From a candidate division FCPU426 bacterium (GTDB lineage Bacteria > Oederibacteriota > JAAXVQ01 > JAUVAV01): 20,843 nt of DNA. Shown here piece by piece: positions 1 to 6,893 of the stretch. Location of the stretch: contig DAOWGI010000071.1 of assembly GCA_030637655.1 (NCBI GenBank), forward strand, positions 1-20,843. Direction: 5' to 3'. The stretch's first letter is position 1, and the number at the start of each line of letters is the position of its first letter. The notes beneath the pieces were generated by a model. It made no database searches, was not told where the DNA came from, and was given only the letters and a program-made list of their open reading frames with translations. Made by a program: the position numbers and the translations under genes.

Positions 1-277
1 AGACGCGATAAATCGCGTCTCTACAAAAAAACGATTTTCTCTGTCTTTGGTCTCGAATTTTTGAGACGCTATAAATCGCGTCTCTACAAAAAAACGATTT
101 TCTCTGTCTTTGGTCTCGAATTTTTGAGACGCGATAAATCGCGTCTCTACAAAAAAACGATTTTCTCCGTCTCTGGTCTCGAATTTTTGAGACGCGATAA
201 ATCGCGTCTCTACAAAAAAAACGATTTTCTCTGTCTTTGGTCTCGAATTTTTGAGACGCGATAAATCGCGTCTCTAC
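1..277 (-). repeat. Tandem array of 63-64 bp units, each a GTAG-type REP palindrome plus a constant linker; truncated by the window start
   Basis: Units start at 1, 64, 127, 190 and 254. Each begins AGACGCGATAAATCGCGTCTCTAC, which reads GTAG-AGACGCGAT-TT-ATCGCGTCT on the minus strand. The first four are followed by a near-invariant linker AAAAAAACGATTTTCTCTGTCTTTGGTCTCGAATTTTTG. Variation is limited to a few substitutions and one extra A. Confidence 0.95.
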
Positions 278-336
278 GATACAACCATCTTTTTTTAAAA
301 AAAACGAAAGATTTATCACCTTTTCCTGTCTCAAAT

Positions 337-364
337 ATAGAGACACGATAAATCGCGTCTCTAT
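337..364. repeat. Diverged REP copy just upstream of the RAYT gene
   Basis: ATAGAGACACGATAAATCGCGTCTCTAT has the same palindromic core with one stem substitution and ATAG in place of GTAG. It is preceded by a diverged version of the array linker (AAAAAAAACGA...GTCTCAAATATAG). Confidence 0.85.
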
Positions 365-388
365 CCTGCGGTAATTAATAGGCCGGCT

Positions 389-937
389 ATGAAAAATGAA
401 TTTTATAAAAATAAATATAGAATTTTATCAACGCGTCTTAAGAATTGGGATTATTCAGACGAAGGGATGTATTTTATTACCATCTGCACATTGAATAGAG
501 AACGTTTTTTTGGAGAAATAAAAAGAGGAAAGATGGTATTGAATGAATATGGCAAATGTGCGGATGTTATTTGGCAAGCGATTCCTGAAAAATATAAAAA
601 TACAAATATCGATGAATATTGTATTATGCCCAATCATATTCATGGAATCATTGAAATATGCTGTAGAGACGCGATTCATCGCGTCTCTGATATAAAAAAG
701 GGTGGTATCACCAATAACGACAATCCCATGTTGTTGCGCCACTCGTTAGCAACTATTATAAGATGGTATAAAGGGCGGACATCCTATGAAATGCATCAAA
801 AGCAAAAGGGATTATATTTTAAGTGGCAACCAAGATATTATGATCACATTATACGTCAGGAAAAAACTTTGGATCAAATAAGAGAATACATTCACACCAA
901 TCCTGTTAATTGGGAAAGGGATGATTATTTTAAGTAA
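389..937 (+). CDS. rayT: REP-associated tyrosine transposase (RAYT / TnpA-REP; Y1 HUH, IS200/IS605-related), 182 aa
   Basis: RLKNWDYS...YFITICT N-terminus, HUH motif MPNHIHGII, WQPRYYDHIIR, catalytic Tyr in YIHTNP, and GTAG-REP palindromes on both sides. Confidence 0.93.
   Translation: MKNEFYKNKYRILSTRLKNWDYSDEGMYFITICTLNRERFFGEIKRGKMVLNEYGKCADVIWQAIPEKYKNTNIDEYCIMPNHIHGIIEICCRDAIHRVSDIKKGGITNNDNPMLLRHSLATIIRWYKGRTSYEMHQKQKGLYFKWQPRYYDHIIRQEKTLDQIREYIHTNPVNWERDDYFK
663..687 (+). repeat. REP copy inside the RAYT coding sequence, in frame
   Basis: GTAGAGACGCGATTCATCGCGTCTC is read as CRDAIHRVS about 7 codons after the HIH motif (635-643). Confidence 0.9.
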
Positions 938-1000
938 TACGAAATATCGTTATCGAGAGGTGTTTTTCGGGACGTTGTTTGGTAATCCGGTGAGGTTTTT

Positions 1001-1025
1001 GTAGAGACGCGATTTATCGCGTCTC
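1001..1025 (+). repeat. REP copy downstream of RAYT, inverted relative to the upstream array
   Basis: GTAGAGACGCGATTTATCGCGTCTC is the exact reverse complement of the array REP. Its flanks (TTTTT before, AGAAA after) also resemble the array flanks. Confidence 0.92.
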
Positions 1026-1081
1026 AGAAACAACCACATTATTTCATTCCATCGCAAAGGGTGGGCCTTGCATTCCTGTGG

Positions 1082-1110
1082 TTGTCAAAAGCACGCAAAA
1101 AGCATACAAT
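1082..1110 (+). promoter_or_regulatory. Putative sigma70 promoter of the helicase-exonuclease gene
   Basis: TTGTCA (1082-1087), 17 nt, TACAAT (1105-1110). SD AGAGGA at 1205-1210 precedes the GTG at 1219. Confidence 0.65.
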
Positions 1111-1131
1111 TACCCGAGTCCTGGCAGGCTA

Positions 1132-1171
1132 ATTTATTTTAAAAAATCATGCCTGGTTTTTTTAAATAAAT
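1132..1171. promoter_or_regulatory. AT-rich inverted repeat in the putative 5' UTR of the helicase gene
   Basis: ATTTATTTTAAAAAATCA-tgcc-TGGTTTTTTTAAATAAAT forms an 18-bp stem with one mismatch and one G-T pair. Confidence 0.4.
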
Positions 1172-1218
1172 GGTCTATACCAATAACATTTTCTAATACG
1201 TAAAAGAGGAAACTTGTT

Positions 1219-4155
1219 GTGACCAATATCGAGAAATTAGTACAACGATTGACCCGTGGCCGGGAATTTGTGGAGCGGCTCGCGCATTACCGTTATCTTG
1301 AGGCGCAACCTGCCAAGCTCGAAAATATGGATGAAAAATGTCCGCCGGCGATTCGCGAAGCTGTCATACAATGCGGGGTGAAGAAACTTTTTTCGCATCA
1401 AAAAGAGGCGCTGGATCATTTGCGTAAGGGCAAACATACGGGTATTACCACCCCAACCGCATCCGGCAAGACCTTGATTTACAATATTGCGGTTAGTGAA
1501 ATGCTGCTGCAAGATCCTAAAGCACATGCCCTATACATTTTTCCGCTCAAGGCCCTGGCCCAGGATCAACTCAAGACCATTAACACCTTTTTTGAAAAGG
1601 TGGGAGATGAAAATTTAAGTGCGGCAGTATATGACGGTGATACACCGACGTCGGCGCGCAGTCGTATTAAGAAAAAACCACCGCGGGTTATTTTCACTAA
1701 TCCGGACATGCTCCACTTTGGCCTGTTGGCTTATCCGGAAGGGTGGCTGGAATTTTTTAGAAAATTAAAATTTGTGGTAATCGATGAGGCACATACCTAT
1801 AGGGGTGTTTTTGGTTCGCACGTGGCTCTGATTCTTCGTCGTCTTCGTCGTCTCTGTGGACAACCGGGACCAACCATTATTGCCAGTTCCGCGACCATGG
1901 CCAATGCCAAAGAGTTTTTGGAGACCTTAACCGGCCAGGACTTTACTATTGTGGAGAAAAGCGGCGCGCCGCGCCAGGGACGGCACGTAGTCCTGTTAAA
2001 TCCCTTAAGTAGTCCCTACTCTGATGCGGCTGTGGTTTTGCAGGAGTGTCTGGAACAGGACGTAAAAACCATTGTTTTTACTAAATCCAGAAAAATTACC
2101 GAGCTGATCCATATTTGGGTCAAAGAGGGCAGGCCCGAAAACGCCAAGAAAATTGCGGCTTATCGCGCCGGCTATTTGCCTGAAGAACGCCGGGAAATTG
2201 AACGGAAATTATTCCAGGATGAGTTGTCAGCAGTTATTAGTACCAGTGCCCTGGAAGCCGGCATTGATGTCGGCGGACTGGATGCGGCTGTTTTAGTCGG
2301 CTATCCAGGTACCATGATCAGTACCTGGCAGCGAGTGGGTCGGGCCGGTCGTCAGGAACGGGATGCTGTGATGATTCTGATTGCTCTGCCGGATGCTTTG
2401 GATCAGTACTTTCTGCGGCATCCGGATGCTTTTTTTGCATCCAAGTTTGAGAATTGCGTGCTGGATCCCAGCAATGAACAACTTTTGCGCCAACATCTGC
2501 CTTGTGCTGCTAAAGAGGAAATACTTACCTCAGAGGACAAAACGATTTTTGGTCAGGAGACCTGGGACAAGCTGCCGTCTTTAGTACGCGAGGGAGTACT
2601 GAATGAAAATGCGGATGGGACGCAGTGGTATTGTGCTCTCAAAATGCCGCATCGCGGCTTGGACATCCGCTCAGTGGGCGGGCAATACGAGATAAAAAAC
2701 GATCAAAATGGCAAGATTTTAGGGAGTATTGACGAACAGCGCGTGTTTAAAGAATGCCATCCGGGTGCAATTTATTTGCATGCCGGAGTGCGGTATGAAG
2801 TAGTGGGTTTGGATTTGGACAACCGTATTATATTGATTCGGGAGACTGCTGCGGATTGGTATACACAGTATACCAGTTCTGAGGATGTGGAAATATTGGA
2901 TCTGACTGCTGAGCAGCAGATAAAAGAGTCTGCCAATAAATTTCAGGCAGGTTTGGTACATGTTAGGGTTACTGAAAAGATTGTTTCATATGAGAGACGA
3001 CGGGTGCGTGATCAATCGTTTTTGTCTGAGCATAAACTTGATCTTTTGCCCCGGGTTTTTGAGACTCAGGCGGTTTTAATTACAGTTCCGGATGAATGGA
3101 GAAAACGCTGTTTGGAATTTTCCCTGGATTTTGGCGGGGGTCTGCACGCTGTTGAACATACCTTGATTGCTGCTTTGCCGGTTAAAGTATTGTGTGACCG
3201 TTGGGATTTGGGCGGCTTGTCAATGTTAGCGCATCCCCAGGTGAGACAACCCTGTATGTTTGTGTATGACGGTTTTCCCGGTGGGATCGGTCTGGTGAGC
3301 AAAGGTTTGGAAGTATTAACCGACTGGTTAGAAACCACCAAGGAAATGGTGGCCACCTGCGAATGTGAGGAAGGGTGCCCCTCGTGTATTCATTCGCCCA
3401 AGTGCGGGAGTAGGAATCAACCCTTGGACAAGCAAGCCTGTCTGATGATTCTCGCAGCCATGACACGTGCTCCTTTGTCTTCGCTGGACATTGCCTCGCG
3501 CCAAATATTTACCTGCGCACCAGTAAAATCTGCGGAGACTATCCCAACTCCGCAATCAAGCACAGCCTCCGGAAAGAAAGATGAATTTCACCTGCTGGTT
3601 TTTGATTTGGAAACCAAATACAGTGCGGCGGATGTGGGTGGCTGGGAAAATTCGCATCGCATGGGCATGTCTGTGGGTGTGGTATATGATCATACCCGGG
3701 GAAAATGCATAGCGTATCGGGAAGAACGGGTTCAAGACCTTATCCGGCATTTGCTGTCCGCGGATGTGGTAGTGGGATTTAATATCGATAAATTCGATCT
3801 GGCAGTGCTCTCTTCGTACAGTCCTTATATTCAACGCATCAAGACTTTGGATATTATAAAAGATGTGCATCGTATGCTGGGCTATCGTTTGTCGCTCAAT
3901 CATTTGAGTGAACATACCTTGGGACGCGGAAAAACAGCCGAAGGTCTGCAAGCTATTACCTGGTATCAGGAGGGAAGATGGCAGGAATTGGAAGCCTACT
4001 GTCAAGCAGATGTGGAAATTACCCGCGATCTCTTTTTTTTCGGCCTGCAGTATCAGTATCTTTTGTATGAGAGGCGCGGTATTATACTCAAAGTTCCGCT
4101 GGACTGGAAACAGCGCTTTGCCGGGCATGGGATTCTTGACCCAACCGGTGATTAA
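1219..4155 (+). CDS. DEAH-box helicase of the YprA/MrfA/SftH (Hrq1-like, DUF1998) family fused to a C-terminal YprB/MrfB-like RNase_H_2 (DEDD) exonuclease, 978 aa
   Basis: Q motif LFSHQKEA; I TPTASGKT; Ia PLKALAQDQ; II DEAH; III SSAT; V TSALEAGIDVG; VI QRVGRAGR. DUF1998 signature LHAVEH..CDRWDLGG..YDGFPGGIG..CECEEGCPSCIHSPKC. After a linker: VFDLET..GFNIDKFD..YCQAD exonuclease motifs (from ~3592). Confidence 0.93.
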   Translation: MTNIEKLVQRLTRGREFVERLAHYRYLEAQPAKLENMDEKCPPAIREAVIQCGVKKLFSHQKEALDHLRKGKHTGITTPTASGKTLIYNIAVSEMLLQDPKAHALYIFPLKALAQDQLKTINTFFEKVGDENLSAAVYDGDTPTSARSRIKKKPPRVIFTNPDMLHFGLLAYPEGWLEFFRKLKFVVIDEAHTYRGVFGSHVALILRRLRRLCGQPGPTIIASSATMANAKEFLETLTGQDFTIVEKSGAPRQGRHVVLLNPLSSPYSDAAVVLQECLEQDVKTIVFTKSRKITELIHIWVKEGRPENAKKIAAYRAGYLPEERREIERKLFQDELSAVISTSALEAGIDVGGLDAAVLVGYPGTMISTWQRVGRAGRQERDAVMILIALPDALDQYFLRHPDAFFASKFENCVLDPSNEQLLRQHLPCAAKEEILTSEDKTIFGQETWDKLPSLVREGVLNENADGTQWYCALKMPHRGLDIRSVGGQYEIKNDQNGKILGSIDEQRVFKECHPGAIYLHAGVRYEVVGLDLDNRIILIRETAADWYTQYTSSEDVEILDLTAEQQIKESANKFQAGLVHVRVTEKIVSYERRRVRDQSFLSEHKLDLLPRVFETQAVLITVPDEWRKRCLEFSLDFGGGLHAVEHTLIAALPVKVLCDRWDLGGLSMLAHPQVRQPCMFVYDGFPGGIGLVSKGLEVLTDWLETTKEMVATCECEEGCPSCIHSPKCGSRNQPLDKQACLMILAAMTRAPLSSLDIASRQIFTCAPVKSAETIPTPQSSTASGKKDEFHLLVFDLETKYSAADVGGWENSHRMGMSVGVVYDHTRGKCIAYREERVQDLIRHLLSADVVVGFNIDKFDLAVLSSYSPYIQRIKTLDIIKDVHRMLGYRLSLNHLSEHTLGRGKTAEGLQAITWYQEGRWQELEAYCQADVEITRDLFFFGLQYQYLLYERRGIILKVPLDWKQRFAGHGILDPTGD

Positions 4156-4160
4156 AATGT

Positions 4161-4237
4161 TGCAGGGGCGACCGGTCCGTCTTCGCTGACGCTTTGCCGA
4201 GACAAGGCCGGTTGCCCCTGTAGACTGCTATTTTTTT
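4161..4237 (+). terminator. Long GC-rich hairpin after the helicase stop; REP-like stem, possible terminator
   Basis: TGCAGGGGCGACCGG (4161-4175) pairs with CCGGTTGCCCCTGTA (4208-4222) with two G-T pairs. A T7 run at 4231-4237 lies 8 nt downstream, which is non-canonical spacing. Confidence 0.5.
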
Positions 4238-4251
4238 ACCATAAAAAGCAA

Positions 4252-4480
4252 GGTAACATGTCAGTGAAGTGCTGTGCTTTGTCAAATAACCCGGGAACAT
4301 ATGGTCTGCTGATTTATTTTTTCCCAAGGGGAAAGCGCGCTTTTACCCAGCCGGATACGAAATTCTAAATAAGTTATCCGTTCGGCAATTTTGAATTTGC
4401 GCATTCAGAGGCAAGTCGCGTCCCTGGGAAAAAATAAATCAGCAGACCATATGTCTTTCTCGCTTCACTGACATGATACC
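4252..4480. mobile_element. Non-autonomous MITE-like element (229 bp), probably with a second element nested at 4303-4448
   Basis: Terminal inverted repeats GGTAACATGTCAGTGAAG (4252-4269) and CTTCACTGACATGATACC (4463-4480) match 17/18. Direct repeat AAGCAA at 4246-4251 and 4481-4486. Internal perfect 30-bp inverted repeat at 4297-4326 / 4425-4454. Confidence 0.82.
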
Positions 4481-4498
4481 AAGCAAGTGTTTTCAGGG

Positions 4499-4528
4499 TT
4501 GACGCGTGCCTAAAAGCAATGATACTAT
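4499..4528 (+). promoter_or_regulatory. Putative sigma70 promoter of the 4569-6893 unit
   Basis: TTGACG (4499-4504), 18 nt, TACTAT (4523-4528) with an extended-10 TG at 4520-4521. SD AGGAG at 4556-4560. Confidence 0.55.
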
Positions 4529-4568
4529 AATTCAACTAAATTAAAAATAATCAGCAGGAGCACGTGCT

Positions 4569-6182
4569 GTGTGGGCCTCACTATATACTCCAATCGGATC
4601 CCTTAAATATGAAAAATTAAACTATCGCATTATCCGGTTTTCTACCCTGATGGATGAATTGATAGGGCAAAAATTTAGTGGTTATGTAGAAATATTAGCG
4701 CCGCATGAGCATGGCCTCATCATTTTGTACAATGGAAAAGTCTGCAACTGCTTCTATGAAGGCACGGAAGAGCTGAACCTTTCCCGTGAAGAGGTGATCG
4801 GGCATTTTTTGCGCACTGAGACCAAAGAGCGGGATTCCATAATTAATGTTGGTGAATTAGCACCCCGGGTTATTGTGGCCTTGGGTGCGCTGGAAGCCCG
4901 GCAACCGGCGCACCGGGAATTGGAAACCATTTTTCTTGATATGGGCCGTCTATTTGAAACCCTTTCCCGCAAACATTTTACCGGAGTGCTCCGGTTTTAT
5001 CGCATTCGCAACAATACCCGCTTGGGAAACATCCTGCTCCGTTTGAAAAAAATCACCGCGGATCAGTTGCGCGAAGCCATCCGGCTTCAGCTCTCCGGAG
5101 AAGGCGCCTTGCGCTTAGGTGAAGCGTTGGTCCGAAGTAGTGCCATTGGCGAAAAAGATTTGGAAGATGCCTTAGACCGGCAGAGCAATACGCGTAAAGG
5201 TTCTGATATGGAATTGGCCATCGCCTTGTTTTCTGAAGGCGAATTTTTAGGTGGCTACCGTGACGTGGATAAAAAAAATGTCACGGACCGGCAGGAAGTG
5301 ATCAGCTGGCTGGCAACTTCAGAAGTCCTCATGGATATTATTGACGGTATATTGCCGCCGGTGATTGATATCACAACGATCCTGCATCCGGGAAAAGCGG
5401 TCAAGCCGGCACGGTCTGCGGTGTCCGGTCCTGAGAAATCCAAACCGGAAGTCAAATCAACAACACACAAAGCTGAGACAACCAAAGAAGCAATCGTTGC
5501 CGGCGAAGCTAAAGAAAAAACAGCGTTGGAAGACGCGGCCATTCAAGAATTGACCAAAGAAATATTTATGTTAAAAGCGGATGATCTTATTTTGGATATA
5601 CATACGCATCCAACGGCACCTGCTATGGGGGATGATGAGGCAGCCGCTGATGCGGACCTGCAATGGCTGGATAAGATAGTGGAAGGCAAGAATGAAAAAG
5701 CCGCTGAAAAAAAAATAGAAGCCAAACAACCTTCTTCGGAAAATAAACCGGATAAGATTACGAAAAATATTATTAGTGATGAGAAGACACCGGATCAGCG
5801 GGAAGAAAAATCTGGAACATTGCCCGAGAAAACAGTAACTCGCCCGGAGAAATCTCCGGCTTCAAAATCAACATCCGCAGAGAGCAAAACAGAAGCTGCG
5901 GATTCGGATGAACCGGTTATTTCGGCAGCCGGAGCTTCGAGCGATAGTCAAGTGCTGGGAATCGAAGCGATGGAAAAAGTGCTTAAACAATATATGGGTT
6001 TCTTAGGGATAGCTTTGTTGGAACGGGAAAAACAGCATTTTGCGATTACGGAAATACGCAATGTCCGTATTTCACAGTTAAAAAGCATTAATCAAAGCTT
6101 ATTTCATTCCACCAGCTTGATTGTGGGAAACAAGACCGCGGAAAAGATCATGCTGGAGATTGAGGATTACATTGGAGGCTAA
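4569..6182 (+). CDS. Cytoplasmic signalling protein, 537 aa: two DUF4388/DUF2226(PATAN)-like repeats, MshEN-type motif inserted in the second, charged low-complexity linker, small helical C-terminal domain
   Basis: Repeat 1 LMDELIGQKFSGYVEI..GLIILYNGKV; repeat 2 LFETLSRKHFTGVLRF..[insert]..AIALFSEGEF. Insert aa 151-205 is RLGNILLRLKKITADQLREAIRLQ-LSGEGAL-RLGEALVRSSAIGEKDLEDALDRQ. The linker is K/E/A/S/P-rich and the C-terminus reads LKQYMGFLGIALL..IVGNKTAEKI. Confidence 0.7.
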   Translation: MWASLYTPIGSLKYEKLNYRIIRFSTLMDELIGQKFSGYVEILAPHEHGLIILYNGKVCNCFYEGTEELNLSREEVIGHFLRTETKERDSIINVGELAPRVIVALGALEARQPAHRELETIFLDMGRLFETLSRKHFTGVLRFYRIRNNTRLGNILLRLKKITADQLREAIRLQLSGEGALRLGEALVRSSAIGEKDLEDALDRQSNTRKGSDMELAIALFSEGEFLGGYRDVDKKNVTDRQEVISWLATSEVLMDIIDGILPPVIDITTILHPGKAVKPARSAVSGPEKSKPEVKSTTHKAETTKEAIVAGEAKEKTALEDAAIQELTKEIFMLKADDLILDIHTHPTAPAMGDDEAAADADLQWLDKIVEGKNEKAAEKKIEAKQPSSENKPDKITKNIISDEKTPDQREEKSGTLPEKTVTRPEKSPASKSTSAESKTEAADSDEPVISAAGASSDSQVLGIEAMEKVLKQYMGFLGIALLEREKQHFAITEIRNVRISQLKSINQSLFHSTSLIVGNKTAEKIMLEIEDYIGG

Positions 6183-6189
6183 AGTCTAG

Positions 6190-6543
6190 ATGGATCGTGT
6201 GCTGACAGCAACCCAATATTTTATTTTTGTTAACCTGACAAGCGTCATTGCTATTGTGGGTGGTTTGGTTTTGTGGGGCGGTTTTATTTACATGGGTTTA
6301 GTATCACGCCGTTTTGAACAGGCCTATGGCATTGTCACGCATTGGATATTTCAAATGCTTGCACCTGTTGGAATCTGTGTTTATTTGACGATGCAGTCGG
6401 TGGCTTCTTTGCGCCATCAAAACATGGGGCCGATTGAACTCTGGACCGGATACACCCTGCTGATCTGGTCAGCCATACTTTCATTATGGGGCGCTTACCG
6501 GTTTTATAGATTGTTCCGGCAACTTGCGCAGGAGCAAACATAA
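6190..6543 (+). CDS. Small membrane protein of unknown function (about 3 TM), 117 aa
   Basis: Three hydrophobic segments; SD GGAGG at the end of the previous gene; 7-nt gap after the 6182 stop. Confidence 0.8.
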   Translation: MDRVLTATQYFIFVNLTSVIAIVGGLVLWGGFIYMGLVSRRFEQAYGIVTHWIFQMLAPVGICVYLTMQSVASLRHQNMGPIELWTGYTLLIWSAILSLWGAYRFYRLFRQLAQEQT

Positions 6544-6545
6544 TT

Positions 6546-6893
6546 ATGGAAAGCATAATGTATCGTGCCAGTTTTTTCTTATACGAGGTCAGCTTTTTAT
6601 TGCTGGCCATAGCCTTGTGGTACCATAGTCTTTCCATGCGCAAAATCAATCAGGCCTTGCGGCAGCCGCCGTACTGGATCTGGACTGCCATTGGCTCAGC
6701 CATGCTGGTCATGTGTGCTTTTAACCATTATTTTGTCTACCATCACATCTCACCGGTGTACATGCGCAATCAATCGCATGACCTGTTGATCAGCATGTAT
6801 ATCTTCAAAACCCTTTCCATGTTTTACATCCTGGGGGCGGGTGTTTCCCTGGTTGTAAGCAACCTTTTTTACCTCAATAAAACCAAACAATAA
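6546..6893 (+). CDS. Small membrane protein of unknown function (about 3 TM), 115 aa, likely paralog of 6190-6543
   Basis: Three hydrophobic segments; 2-nt gap from the previous stop; AGGAG SD. Shares the loop motif L..R[RK]..QA.....[HY]WI[FW] with the preceding protein. Confidence 0.8.
   Translation: MESIMYRASFFLYEVSFLLLAIALWYHSLSMRKINQALRQPPYWIWTAIGSAMLVMCAFNHYFVYHHISPVYMRNQSHDLLISMYIFKTLSMFYILGAGVSLVVSNLFYLNKTKQ

Noticed and set aside
61-264. 67-aa ORF with 21-aa repeats
   Set aside because: By-product of a 63-bp stop-free repeat; TTG start inside the array with no SD.
1-277. CRISPR array (24-bp palindromic repeat with 39-40 bp spacers)
   Set aside because: The spacers are near-identical, there are no cas genes, and the repeat is a GTAG-REP that also occurs in and after the RAYT gene.
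389-937. Autonomous IS200/IS605 element
   Set aside because: No tnpB and no distinct left/right-end hairpins; multiple REPs and the motif pattern indicate a RAYT.
3556-4128. 190-aa minus-strand ORF, and the other short antisense or out-of-frame ORFs in the track
   Set aside because: They overlap well-supported + strand genes and have no recognisable motifs; they are shadow ORFs.
1219-4155. DISARM/Druantia-type defence locus based on the DUF1998 helicase
   Set aside because: No methylase, DrmA, PLD or other defence partners in the window; the exonuclease fusion fits MrfAB-type repair better.
4088-4327. 79-aa minus-strand ORF crossing the hairpin and MITE
   Set aside because: It runs through repeat elements and overlaps the helicase 3' end, with no transposase-like content.
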